Shown one piece after another: positions 1 to 8,198 of a DNA stretch of 16,903 bases. Both the position numbers and the translations under genes were made by a program. The notes under the pieces were generated by a model. It saw nothing but the letters and a program-made list of their open reading frames with translations. It had not been told where the DNA came from and searched no databases. Origin of the DNA: Candidatus Zixiibacteriota bacterium (GTDB taxonomy: Bacteria; Zixibacteria; MSB-5A5; WJJR01). Position 1 is the stretch's first letter; the number at the start of each line of letters is the position of its first letter. The DNA lies in assembly GCA_036170655.1 (NCBI GenBank), contig JAVHPP010000044.1:1-16903 (forward strand), read 5' to 3'.

Positions 1-1
1 C

Positions 2-400
2 GAACTCGGTGTGCGATTCCAGCGACAGATCGACGGTGGTTGTCTCGTTCTTACGCACAAAGATACCAGACCTCGTGACCTCGAAGCATTCCCCGGCTGT
101 GGCGCTGACAGACATCGTGCGCGCGGGAACAGACTGAATCGTGTAGGTCCCCAGCGTGTCCGCTGTCGTTGTCGTGTCGAAGTCACCACCGAAGACGCGC
201 ACACGGGCGCCGGCCGCTGGCGCGGCCGATGCGGCCTGGCTAAAAGGCAGACGGACAGTCCCGCTGACGGCGCCGAAACCGACCGGCTCAGGCCCCTTAT
301 CCTTCCCACATCCGGACATGACCAGCAGGACCAAGACGGCCGCGACCAGTCTCATAGCCCTGAAGAAATGTCCGCTGCTCAGTTGGTGGTGACAGGTCAC
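2..400 (-). CDS. Lipoprotein with carboxypeptidase-regulatory-like (prealbumin-fold) domain; runs off the window start (3' partial)
   Basis: Not in the ORF track; translated by hand. GGAGG RBS at 405-409, GTG at 400 (alternative ATG at 355). MRLVAAVLVLLVMSG-C lipobox, then GAVSGTVRLP...AAGARVRV...TTTADTLGTYTIQSVPARTMSVSA...SGIFVRKNETTTVDLSLE, which fits the CarboxypepD_reg pattern. No stop before position 1. Confidence 0.8.
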   Translation of the reverse strand, partial: MTCHHQLSSGHFFRAMRLVAAVLVLLVMSGCGKDKGPEPVGFGAVSGTVRLPFSQAASAAPAAGARVRVFGGDFDTTTTADTLGTYTIQSVPARTMSVSATAGECFEVTRSGIFVRKNETTTVDLSLESHTEF

Positions 401-461
401 AAAACCTCCATTGCCCAATCTGTCCATTTCACAACGCACGCTCCTTGAACCAAGATAACAG

Positions 462-495
462 AAAAATCCGCCCCGCTCACAAGAGCGGGACGGAT
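462..495 (-). terminator. Rho-independent terminator of the SRPBCC-FKBP-CDGSH unit
   Basis: Minus strand reads ATCCGTCCCGCTC-TTGT-GAGCGGGGCGGAT (13 bp stem with one G-U pair) followed by a T run, about 20 nt downstream of the CDGSH stop. Confidence 0.85.
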
Positions 496-515
496 ATTCT
501 GCTTCAGTGATCAAA

Positions 516-752
516 TCACAGAGTCTTGTGGGAGCCGTCGCAATACGGCTTGTTTGCCGAGTGCTTGCAGCCACACCAAGCGACCTTACGGTCTTCGGTC
601 AGATCGACGATGATTGGCCGGATGTCAGTCGACTTGTGGGAGCCATCGCAATACGGCTGCTTGGCGGAAAGGCCGCATTGGCACCACGCGATGCGTCTGG
701 CCTTCTCCTCAATGACATAGGGGCTTTTCTGAGCGATTACTGGATCAGTCAT
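516..752 (-). CDS. CDGSH iron-sulfur domain protein with two CDGSH motifs (MiNT/CISD3-like)
   Basis: Two C-x-C-x2-S-x3-P-x-C-D-G-S-H motifs (WCQCGLSAKQPYCDGSH and WCGCKHSANKPYCDGSH); GGAG RBS upstream. Confidence 0.95.
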   Translation of the reverse strand: MTDPVIAQKSPYVIEEKARRIAWCQCGLSAKQPYCDGSHKSTDIRPIIVDLTEDRKVAWCGCKHSANKPYCDGSHKTL

Positions 753-830
753 GTCCGTTTCTCCCTGGCTGGCCGTAGGCGGCTACGATCCGCCGTCGTA
801 CATATCCCTGTCACCGCCGACTGTAGGGCA

Positions 831-1352
831 TTACGGCGTGGCTGCGGCATTCTGCACCGACAGCAGCTCGACATCAAAGACCACGCCCGCATTCGGTGGA
901 ATCGGTCCACCGGGTATGCCTCGCTCACCCCAGGCAAGGCCCGACGGGATGATCAAGAGACGGCGCCCACCGACCTTCATTGATCCCAACCCCTCGTCCC
1001 AGCCCTTGATCACCTTTCCTACTCCAATGGGGAACTCCAGCGGTGCGCCACGATCGCGCGACGAGTCAAACTTGGTGCCATCGGTCAGCCATCCCGTGTA
1101 GTGAGCCTTGACCGTGTCACCTGGGGTCGGATTCGGCCCCTGCCCCACGGTGATGTCAATGTACTTCAGACCCGAAGCCGTAGTGACCGTGTCACCTGAG
1201 ACGAGGGGGATTCCCATGGGCTCCTCGGCTTTGGGCTGAGGCTTGGCTTCTTGGGGTGTCTGTGCTGTCTGCTGCGGAGGCGGCGACTCCTTTTTCGTGC
1301 ACCCCAACAAGGCAATGGCCCCCAGCAAGATAACAAAACCAGTCTGTCTCAA
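831..1352 (-). CDS. FKBP-type peptidyl-prolyl cis-trans isomerase, lipoprotein
   Basis: [45 protein letters not shown] and IPPNA..VFDVELL motifs. Likely start is TTG at 1352 with AAAGGAG RBS at 1359-1365 (the ORF track extends to 1412). Lipobox LLG-C followed by a Pro/Gln-rich linker. Confidence 0.95.
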   Translation of the reverse strand: MRQTGFVILLGAIALLGCTKKESPPPQQTAQTPQEAKPQPKAEEPMGIPLVSGDTVTTASGLKYIDITVGQGPNPTPGDTVKAHYTGWLTDGTKFDSSRDRGAPLEFPIGVGKVIKGWDEGLGSMKVGGRRLLIIPSGLAWGERGIPGGPIPPNAGVVFDVELLSVQNAAATP

Positions 1353-1411
1353 TTTGTGCTCCTTTCCGTGAGAGTGAGATGTGATCTTCATTCTCCTTAA
1401 TAACATTTCCA

Positions 1412-1978
1412 TCAGATATTCACCAGATGCAGTTGCCTCGTCCTTGGGCGATCGGTCTCCCGCAGATCAAGCCCTCCCTCCGCGACCGACTTCAAATTCG
1501 CAAGGAAGAAAGCCCAAGCTACACGGGATCCCAGATGAAGATTGTGCCGTCCGGCGGGGGTATCGGGAATATGATACTGCCGCAAGGCGATTTCGCACAG
1601 CTTTCCCTGTTTCCGCAGGAGGAGTTCAACCTCCATCGCATCGCCGAATCCGAAAGTCAGTTTTGTCGGAGGACGCGAATCGAGTATCCATGATTCCCCG
1701 ATAACACCCCCGTTGTAATACCATTCCCACCGGTATCGGTCGCTGGCCGAGCAGCGTTCCTCGTCCGGCCGTTGCGGCAACGACTCAAAGGGCGGCGCCT
1801 GCGCTATCAGGCGCCGACTGCTGGGTAGACCGTCAGACAACGCAAAGGCCGCACTGCGGAGAAACCAACGAGTCAGTCCCCGGCTTGTCGCCCACATGTC
1901 GTAGAGATCATCGGGATTGTCCTGAACGTAGATTCCCAGCCGGAATTGGGACCAATCAAACCGAGCCGCCTTGGACAA
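1412..1978 (-). CDS. SRPBCC/AHSA1 (START-like) domain protein
   Basis: P..LY..WAT..GL.RWF, G.ILD..PP.KL.F.F and C-terminal helix W.FFL.NLKSV.E are typical of AHSA1/SRPBCC. TTG start with AAGGAGG RBS at 1983-1989. Confidence 0.85.
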   Translation of the reverse strand: MSKAARFDWSQFRLGIYVQDNPDDLYDMWATSRGLTRWFLRSAAFALSDGLPSSRRLIAQAPPFESLPQRPDEERCSASDRYRWEWYYNGGVIGESWILDSRPPTKLTFGFGDAMEVELLLRKQGKLCEIALRQYHIPDTPAGRHNLHLGSRVAWAFFLANLKSVAEGGLDLRETDRPRTRQLHLVNI

Positions 1979-2053
1979 TGGTCCTCCTTGAACCCCTTGA
2001 CGCCACGATGGTTGTCGGATACGACGAAGCCCCCGTGCACGATCAGGTTCTCT

Positions 2054-2082
2054 ATCTTACTGGTTTTGCCGATAACTGTCAA
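2054..2082 (-). promoter_or_regulatory. Sigma70-type promoter of the SRPBCC-FKBP-CDGSH operon
   Basis: Minus strand TTGACA (2082-2077), 17 bp spacer, TAAGAT (2059-2054); perfect -35 and near-consensus -10, about 75 nt upstream of the start. Confidence 0.75.
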
Positions 2083-2169
2083 GAGGTTAGCACCCTGGCT
2101 GGACAGGGCGGACTCCACCCCCAGAGGTTATCTTGTCAGCGGCAGTGCAAAACCCAAGCTTCAAGATGC

Positions 2170-2198
2170 TTGACAATTTCGGGAAAAGCGCGATCTTT
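2170..2198 (+). promoter_or_regulatory. Possible divergent sigma70 promoter for the fibre-like gene
   Basis: TTGACA at 2170-2175; only a weak -10 (GATCTT) at 16 bp spacing. Confidence 0.4.
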
Positions 2199-2246
2199 TC
2201 AATCGAAGGCAAGCGTCCGCTCCTACCTGCCTCTGAGTGGTTTTGC

Positions 2247-3284
2247 ATGAGACGCGTTTTCTGCTGGTCGCTAACCATTGTCTGCCTGCTTTCTGGCTTG
2301 GCTGTTGCAGGCAGCGATGTGCCCCATTTCATCAACTTTCAAGGCCGTCTGGATGATACGACCGGCAATACGGTCGCCGATGGCGCATACACGCTAACCT
2401 TTCGCTTCTTCGACACCCCGACCGCCGGTCAACTTTTCTGGCAAGAGACACAGAGCATCACGACCACCAGGGGGGTGTTCTCTGTCCTTCTGGGTGCGGT
2501 GGACACAATTCCCGCCTTCGTGTTCAACTATGACAGTTGCTTTCTGGAAATCGAGCCGCAGGGCTCGGCGCCCGTGACGCCGCGTGCCCGCATTACCTCT
2601 GTCGGGTATGCCTTCCGGGCGCACACGTCTGACCTTCTGAGCGGCATCTCATTGAACGAGGTTGACGGCGTGGCCCTGCAAGGAAACATCGATACCAAAA
2701 TTGCCGCACATACAGCGATCCCGGATGCCCATCATTCCAAAACAACCAGCGCCAGCGAGTTGATCAGTGGTACACTGGCCAAAGAACGGCTTCCCAAAGA
2801 CGCCATCGATTCCAGCAATCTCGCCACCGATGCGGTCACCGCGGCCAAGATACTCGACGAGCCGGGGATTTCACACTCGTACACCAGCCTGACGACACTC
2901 CCGGTCAGTGTGCGAGTCATCGATTCCACCATGGTCGTTGTGCCCACTTGGGGGTATGTGCTCGTCCTGGCCAGCGGATGGTTCTACAACAACCACGTCG
3001 CAGGACTTGAGGTCCATGCCACCCTGTCCATCTCCGGGTCACGCACCCTTCACGAAGAAGCATACGCTGCCAAGTTCGATATCAGGCCGACCGCACCGGA
3101 ATTACATACCACCGAGAACTTCATGATTCAGCGCGTCTTGACGGTGGGCCCCGGTCAGTTGAAACTCTTCCTCTTGGGCAACCAAGCTGCGCTCGGCACG
3201 CCTGTCACTGTCAATGACGTCCAACTGAACACGCTTTTCTTCCCCACCTCGTACGGGGAAATCGACGTAGCCAAGAACAAGTAG
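2247..3284 (+). CDS. Secreted phage-tail-fibre-like / trimeric adhesin-like protein (hypothetical)
   Basis: ATG at 2247 begins a signal peptide (MRRVFCWSLTIVCLLSGLAVA). It is followed by a VPHFINFQGRL...GVFSVLLG...PRARITSVGYAFRA N-domain, fibre-like motifs (IAAHTAIPDAHH, ASELISGTLAKERLP, LATDAVTAAKI) and a beta-rich C-terminal head. Confidence 0.75.
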   Translation: MRRVFCWSLTIVCLLSGLAVAGSDVPHFINFQGRLDDTTGNTVADGAYTLTFRFFDTPTAGQLFWQETQSITTTRGVFSVLLGAVDTIPAFVFNYDSCFLEIEPQGSAPVTPRARITSVGYAFRAHTSDLLSGISLNEVDGVALQGNIDTKIAAHTAIPDAHHSKTTSASELISGTLAKERLPKDAIDSSNLATDAVTAAKILDEPGISHSYTSLTTLPVSVRVIDSTMVVVPTWGYVLVLASGWFYNNHVAGLEVHATLSISGSRTLHEEAYAAKFDIRPTAPELHTTENFMIQRVLTVGPGQLKLFLLGNQAALGTPVTVNDVQLNTLFFPTSYGEIDVAKNK

Positions 3285-3334
3285 AAGGCGGTTTCTTATA
3301 CGGGCTCTGTCAGGAGCCGCGTCTGGGGCGGCGC

Positions 3335-4501
3335 TCATGCGTCGCGCAACGACTCGACAATCCCGGCGCGGGAAGCACGCACGGCAGGCAGAAAGCCGCC
3401 CGCCAGCCCCATGATGAGAGAAAAGAGGAGAGCACCAGTCAGGATGCGCGGCGACAGGGCAAAGCCGAACGCCAGCTCGGAGAACGTGCCCCAGTTGGTT
3501 GTTGAGACACTGACGAACGACATCAATGAAGCGGCGACCAGCCCGATTCCGCCCCCGATCAGAGAAAGCCAGATGGATTCCGTGAGGAACACCGCGAGCA
3601 CGCGGGCACGAGAGAAGCCGATGGCACGCAGGGTGCCAATCTCGATCGTTCGGCTGGACACCGCCGCGTACATCGTAATCATGGCGCCAATCATGGCCCC
3701 CACGGAGAAAATGATACTAATCACCAACCCAATGACACGGATGAACGTCGCCGTGACCTTGGATTGATCGGTGTAGAATTGACGCTCCTGCTTGACATCG
3801 ACCGTCATGCGGGGGTCGGACTCCAACCGCCGCTTCAACTCGGGGAATTGGGCGGGGTCCCTCATGCGCACGGTGACTGACGAGAAGATGGGGCGCCGGA
3901 ATGCCTGCTGGACCTGCTCCACGTCGCTCCAGAGTTCCGAATCAAAGCCGGAGCCGCCCGCGTCAAAAGTCCCCACAACATTCCAGGCGCGTGCAGCAAA
4001 GGTTACATGTTCTCCGAGACCGCATCCCTGGAAGTTCTCCGCCACCCGGCGACCGGCGATGACCTCTGATGTTCCCGGTGTGAACATGCGTCCGCTTGTC
4101 AGCTTGATATTCGCGCGCATGCCAATCACGCCGGGCTCCGTCCCGCGAATCACCACATTGGCAGGATCATCGTTCTTGCGCTTGTGGAGACTGACCAGCA
4201 CCACGAGCTCATTCGTGGCGACCGGGGAACCATCGGCATGGACCGCCACTTCCGGCTGGGTCTTGACGACACCAGCTTGATCGCGCGACATGATCGAAAC
4301 TGTCTCCGCACTGGCGGCCGCCCGCAGAACAATCACATTCTCCGGCGAGCCAGTCTCAACCAGCGTCTCTTCAAGTCCGTGAGCCATCATCAGTACGGCG
4401 GCAAACACAAAGACAACCAGCCCGAGGCCGAGAACGGTCAGGGTGGTCGTCAGCTTGCGGACCAGAAGATTGCGCAGACTATAGCCGAGAAACAGACCCA
4501 T
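3335..4501 (-). CDS. ABC transporter permease, MacB/FtsX family
   Basis: N-terminal TM after SLRNLLVRK, large periplasmic MacB_PCD region, C-terminal FtsX domain (RTIEIGTLRAIGF...FLTES...GFLPA.RAS). Confidence 0.95.
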   Translation of the reverse strand: MGLFLGYSLRNLLVRKLTTTLTVLGLGLVVFVFAAVLMMAHGLEETLVETGSPENVIVLRAAASAETVSIMSRDQAGVVKTQPEVAVHADGSPVATNELVVLVSLHKRKNDDPANVVIRGTEPGVIGMRANIKLTSGRMFTPGTSEVIAGRRVAENFQGCGLGEHVTFAARAWNVVGTFDAGGSGFDSELWSDVEQVQQAFRRPIFSSVTVRMRDPAQFPELKRRLESDPRMTVDVKQERQFYTDQSKVTATFIRVIGLVISIIFSVGAMIGAMITMYAAVSSRTIEIGTLRAIGFSRARVLAVFLTESIWLSLIGGGIGLVAASLMSFVSVSTTNWGTFSELAFGFALSPRILTGALLFSLIMGLAGGFLPAVRASRAGIVESLRDA

Positions 4502-4567
4502 ATCAACTCACGATGTTACTCACCCGCCATGGCTTGGCCGCCCGGAAATCGCATCAAGCCACAATCT

Positions 4568-5725
4568 CTATCCAACCCGTCGCAACCCATTGACAATCGA
4601 CATTCGAATCGCGTGCCAGGCAGGGAAGATCGCCGCCAGAAGACCGACCAGAATTGCCGCGCCGGCCGCCAGCGGGTATGTCCGGGGATCAATGGGAAAG
4701 GCCGGGAAGAACGCCCTTAATGACGCCCCGACGACCCGCAACACGGGAATCATCATGAGCAGACCAAGTGCCCCGCCCAGACAGGCGATCAGCAGCGACT
4801 CGCCCACGATCAGCCCCAGGATATGCCCGCCATGGAATCCCAGTGTTTTCAAGATCGCATACTCAGAAATCCGTTCGCGCGCGGTCATCGCCATCGTGTT
4901 GGCAGCCACCAGAAGAATAATGCCAACCACAAGAATGGAAATGATCTGCAAAGAGAAAACGATGGTTCCCGCCATGGCGACAAAACTCTGCTGAAAAGCC
5001 GCCTCCGTCTCCGTCAGCGTCGGGTCGGATGAATTCTCAAACTCACGGTCGACTGCCGTGCTGACCGACGCTGCCTTGACAGGGTCATTGATCTTGATCA
5101 CCCACCAGCCCACCTGACCGGCACGCCCCGGCATTTCCTGCTGCATACGCTGATCGATGTAGCTCCAGTTAAAGAGGAACTGGGAAACGTCCGTCGCGTC
5201 TGTGCGGCCCGTGTACACACCACGGATCACAAAGTCCCAGTCCCCCGGGTAGATCATCCCCGTGAGCCGGACCGCGTCGCCGACTTTCCAGCCAAACCGC
5301 TGCATGGTGGCGCTGCCGACGATCGCCGCATTGCGTTCTGTGGCAAATGCCTTCAACGCCGCCGAATCGACAATAAATTCCGGATAGAGCAAAAACGAAT
5401 TGACCCCCTCGAATGCGATCTGCGGAAAGAAGTCTTTGGGGTCTTTGTAGGAGCCGCCGAACCAGGACCCGTACGTGACGCCGATCACCCCCGGCATCCG
5501 TTCAATCTTCTGCTTCTGCGAGACGGGGAGAGTGAAGGTGATGCCGATCTTGTTGCGGCTGATCAAACGGTCGGGAGCCGCCTGCGTCACGCCCGCGTAC
5601 CACGCCGCAATGACCGTCCGCAACAAGCCGAAGGCCATGATCGCGACGGCGATCCCGACGATCGTCAGCAGCGTGCGCAGCCTGTGCCGCAGCACATTCC
5701 TGGGAATCAGATGGAAAACACCCAT
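4568..5725 (-). CDS. ABC transporter permease, MacB/FtsX family
   Basis: RN.LRHRLRTLLTIVGIAVA, ERISEYAILKTLGF, GESLLIA and FPAW.A motifs. Confidence 0.95.
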   Translation of the reverse strand: MGVFHLIPRNVLRHRLRTLLTIVGIAVAIMAFGLLRTVIAAWYAGVTQAAPDRLISRNKIGITFTLPVSQKQKIERMPGVIGVTYGSWFGGSYKDPKDFFPQIAFEGVNSFLLYPEFIVDSAALKAFATERNAAIVGSATMQRFGWKVGDAVRLTGMIYPGDWDFVIRGVYTGRTDATDVSQFLFNWSYIDQRMQQEMPGRAGQVGWWVIKINDPVKAASVSTAVDREFENSSDPTLTETEAAFQQSFVAMAGTIVFSLQIISILVVGIILLVAANTMAMTARERISEYAILKTLGFHGGHILGLIVGESLLIACLGGALGLLMMIPVLRVVGASLRAFFPAFPIDPRTYPLAAGAAILVGLLAAIFPAWHAIRMSIVNGLRRVG

Positions 5726-5780
5726 GAAATCTTGTCCACGCAGCCGGTACGATCAAGCGGTTGCGGACGCTACCCTGCAC

Positions 5781-6479
5781 TCAAACGCGATTCACAACCG
5801 CAGCCCCGTTCAGTTCTCCTTTGTCCAGATGCCGCACGACATGCGCCTTCTCCGCGGCGCGTGGGTCGTGCGTGACCATCACGATCGTCTTCCTGAATTC
5901 CGTGTTCAGCCGTGCCAAAAGCTCCAGCACTTCGGCGGCTGACTGCTTGTCCAAATCGCCGGTCGGTTCATCGGCTACCAGGACGGTCGGGTCGGTCACA
6001 ATCGCCCTTGCAATTGCGACACGCTGTTCCTGGCCGCCGGATAACTGACGCGGGTAATGCCGCAGGCGATCCTTCAGGCCAACCAGTTCCAGCGCGGTCT
6101 GCACATGCTCGCGTCGCTCTTTCGATGACAGCTTCGTCAGCAGCAGCGGGAGCTCCACATTCTCGAAGGCCGTCAGCACTGGAAGCAGGTTATAGAGCTG
6201 AAAGATGAATCCCACATGCCGAGCGCGCCATTGGGCCAGTTGCGATTCTCCGAGCTGGTTGAGCACGGTGCCCGCCACGATGACCTGACCGCTGTCCGGA
6301 TGGTCGATCCCCGCGATCAAATTCAACAGTGTGGTCTTCCCCGATCCGGACGGACCCATCAAGGCCACAAACTCGCCTTCCGGCACAGTCAGAGACAAAC
6401 CGGAAAGCACACGGACTTCGACTTTGTCCCGATGATACGACTTGGTGACGTTTTGAACTTCAACGACCGATTTGGGCAT
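5781..6479 (-). CDS. ABC transporter ATP-binding protein (MacB/LolD family)
   Basis: Walker A GPSGSGKT, signature LSGGQEQR, Walker [11 protein letters not shown]-loop VTHD. ATG at 6479 with CAGGAAG RBS; an alternative coupled GTG lies at 6500. Confidence 0.97.
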   Translation of the reverse strand: MPKSVVEVQNVTKSYHRDKVEVRVLSGLSLTVPEGEFVALMGPSGSGKTTLLNLIAGIDHPDSGQVIVAGTVLNQLGESQLAQWRARHVGFIFQLYNLLPVLTAFENVELPLLLTKLSSKERREHVQTALELVGLKDRLRHYPRQLSGGQEQRVAIARAIVTDPTVLVADEPTGDLDKQSAAEVLELLARLNTEFRKTIVMVTHDPRAAEKAHVVRHLDKGELNGAAVVNRV

Positions 6480-6496
6480 GGGCGCTTCCTGTGGAC

Positions 6497-7747
6497 TCAC
6501 GGCTTGAGTGTGATATGGTCTCCGTCGCGCAGGTTCACGGGAGGATGGAGAACAACAACCGCGTCGGCATCGAGGCCGCTTCTGATCTCGACGGCCCCGC
6601 CGTATGTTTCGCCGACCGCAACCGGCGTCTCGTGTGCCTGTCCTTCCCGGATCACATACACCACCTGTTGCCCATCGCGGTCGGCAAGCGCTCCCGTGGG
6701 GACGCTGAGAACGGTCTTCGTTGTCAGTGTTGCCGAGTCCGTGTTCGCCGGGAGGAAGCTCACCTTGGCGCTCATCTCCGGCAGCACGCGGGCATCGAGA
6801 TCGTCGAACGCAATCTTGGTCATGACCGTTGCCTTGGCGCGATCGGCGGTCGGGACAATCTTCTTCACACGTCCACGATAGGGCTCGGTGGGAAAAGCGT
6901 CCAGCGTGATCAGGCAGGGCAGGCCAGCCTGAATCCGCTCAATGTTCGACTCGGACACATCGGCTTCCACTTCGAGTGAACTCATATCGGCCAGGGTCAC
7001 CACGGCGCCGCGCGAGGATACGGACGAGGCAAACGGGGCAACCACTTCGCCGACCTCGGCGTTCTTGCTGAGCACCGTCCCGTCGAAGGGCGCGCGTATG
7101 CAGGTGTTCTCCACCTGCACCTCCGCCCACTTGGCGTCCGCCTTGGCCGATTGTATGGCCGCTTCGGCAGAATTGACGCCCGCCAGCGCCGTGTGATGAC
7201 GCGCCTCCGCATTGTCGTAGTCGGCCTGGGCCACCAGCTTGTTTGCGAGCAACTCCCTTGTCCGGTCAAAGATCAACTGCGCCTCTTTGGCTGAGGCACG
7301 GGCGCGTTCAAGTTCAGCTTCCGCTTGAGCGACCCGCGCTCGCGCGGCGCCCAAGGCGGCATCCACATCATTGGCTTCCAGACGGCCGATGATGTCTCCC
7401 GCACGCACCCGGTCGCCTTCCCGGACGTTCAGGATTTCCAGCCGTCCGGTTCCTTTTGATGCCACTGCGGCTCGCCGTTGCGCCACCACATATCCCGTCG
7501 CCGTCAAAAGCGATTGCGCGCTCCCGGGACTGAGACGCTGCACAGTCGCGGTCTCCACCTCGATGGCGCGCGCGCCGCCTCTGGCCACAAAGAACACCGC
7601 CACCGCTCCCAGTAACACCAGTGGCACAACCCATTTCCAGAGCGCCACTCCGGAATGAGGCGGCACGGCCCCAGGCGCGGGACCATCGTCCCGCCGGATG
7701 CGCAGCGAGGAAAGATCGGGCTTGGTTGTGTCTTCGCTCACGTTCAT
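6497..7747 (-). CDS. Efflux periplasmic adaptor subunit (MacA/HlyD-like membrane fusion protein)
   Basis: N-terminal TM anchor, ATGYVVA, lipoyl half-motifs ([25 protein letters not shown]), alpha-hairpin, LEVEADVSE and LPEMSA. Start uncertain (ATG 7747 chosen). Confidence 0.95.
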   Translation of the reverse strand: MNVSEDTTKPDLSSLRIRRDDGPAPGAVPPHSGVALWKWVVPLVLLGAVAVFFVARGGARAIEVETATVQRLSPGSAQSLLTATGYVVAQRRAAVASKGTGRLEILNVREGDRVRAGDIIGRLEANDVDAALGAARARVAQAEAELERARASAKEAQLIFDRTRELLANKLVAQADYDNAEARHHTALAGVNSAEAAIQSAKADAKWAEVQVENTCIRAPFDGTVLSKNAEVGEVVAPFASSVSSRGAVVTLADMSSLEVEADVSESNIERIQAGLPCLITLDAFPTEPYRGRVKKIVPTADRAKATVMTKIAFDDLDARVLPEMSAKVSFLPANTDSATLTTKTVLSVPTGALADRDGQQVVYVIREGQAHETPVAVGETYGGAVEIRSGLDADAVVVLHPPVNLRDGDHITLKP

Positions 7748-7860
7748 CACAGTTGGGCGTCCCGCACAGCCAGTCGACAACGCAAGAATGAATATACGTC
7801 GTCAATCCATGGCTGTTTCGGGGAAAATGGGGGCCGGACTGAAGATGACACCCCTTCGAA

Positions 7861-8076
7861 CGGGCGTGTCGACAAACCCCGGCAAACGGATCGTCGACAC
7901 GGGAGCGATGAGATTGCTTCGTCACTCCTTGCGCCTGCGGCGCAGTCGTTCCTCGCAATGACATGGGTGGCATTTGGTTTCGAGGACGAAGAACGCAGTC
8001 ATTGCGAGCGAAGCGAAGCAATCTCATGGCCATGAACTACTGGAAACTACGTTCGTCCAGTTTTTCAACAAGCCCG
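7861..8076. mobile_element. Putative MITE-like element with imperfect 17 bp terminal inverted repeats
   Basis: Left end CGGGCGTGTCGACAAAC (7861-7877) matches the reverse complement of 8060-8076, CGGGCTTGTTGAAAAAC, at 14/17. It encloses an inverted REP pair and has no transposase. Confidence 0.45.
7908..8027. repeat. Inverted pair of REP/RPE-like palindromes (GTCATTGCGAG...GAAGCAATC family)
   Basis: Copy 1 at 7908-7962 is ATGAGATTGCTTC-[31 nt with inner hairpin]-CTCGCAATGAC. Copy 2 at 7998-8027 is GTCATTGCGAG-CGAAGC-GAAGCAATCTCAT. Both arms (13 and 11 nt) are exact reverse complements between the copies. Confidence 0.85.
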
Positions 8077-8198
8077 AAAGCGGGGGCCACCGGGAACGGC
8101 AAATCCGAAAAGTAGGAAGGAAAAACCATGCCAAAGAGACCTCTCCGAGCGGAGTCCGGTCATCAACTGAGCGTGCAGGGTTTATTCGCCCAACCGTC

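Noticed and set aside
11..448. 145 aa + strand ORF
   Set aside because: Shadow of the real minus-strand lipoprotein gene, which has an RBS and lipobox.
525..658. 26 bp direct repeat as a CRISPR array
   Set aside because: Only two copies, in frame within a CDS and explained by the tandem CDGSH motifs; no cas genes.
1381..1412. Upstream ATG starts (1412, 1406, 1391) for the FKBP
   Set aside because: The AAGGAG before ATG 1391 is too close. TTG 1352 has a well-spaced AAAGGAG and gives a normal-length lipoprotein signal.
2247..3284. Prophage remnant
   Set aside because: The gene has a host-type signal peptide and no other phage, integrase or att features are nearby.
3296..3325. GGCTC-N6-GAGCC hairpin between convergent genes as a terminator
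   Set aside because: The stem is only 5 bp with no U-tract on either strand.
7368..8033. 221 aa minus-strand ORF (RLLRFARND...)
   Set aside because: Starts in the REP element, overlaps the adaptor gene out of frame, and has no protein-like features.
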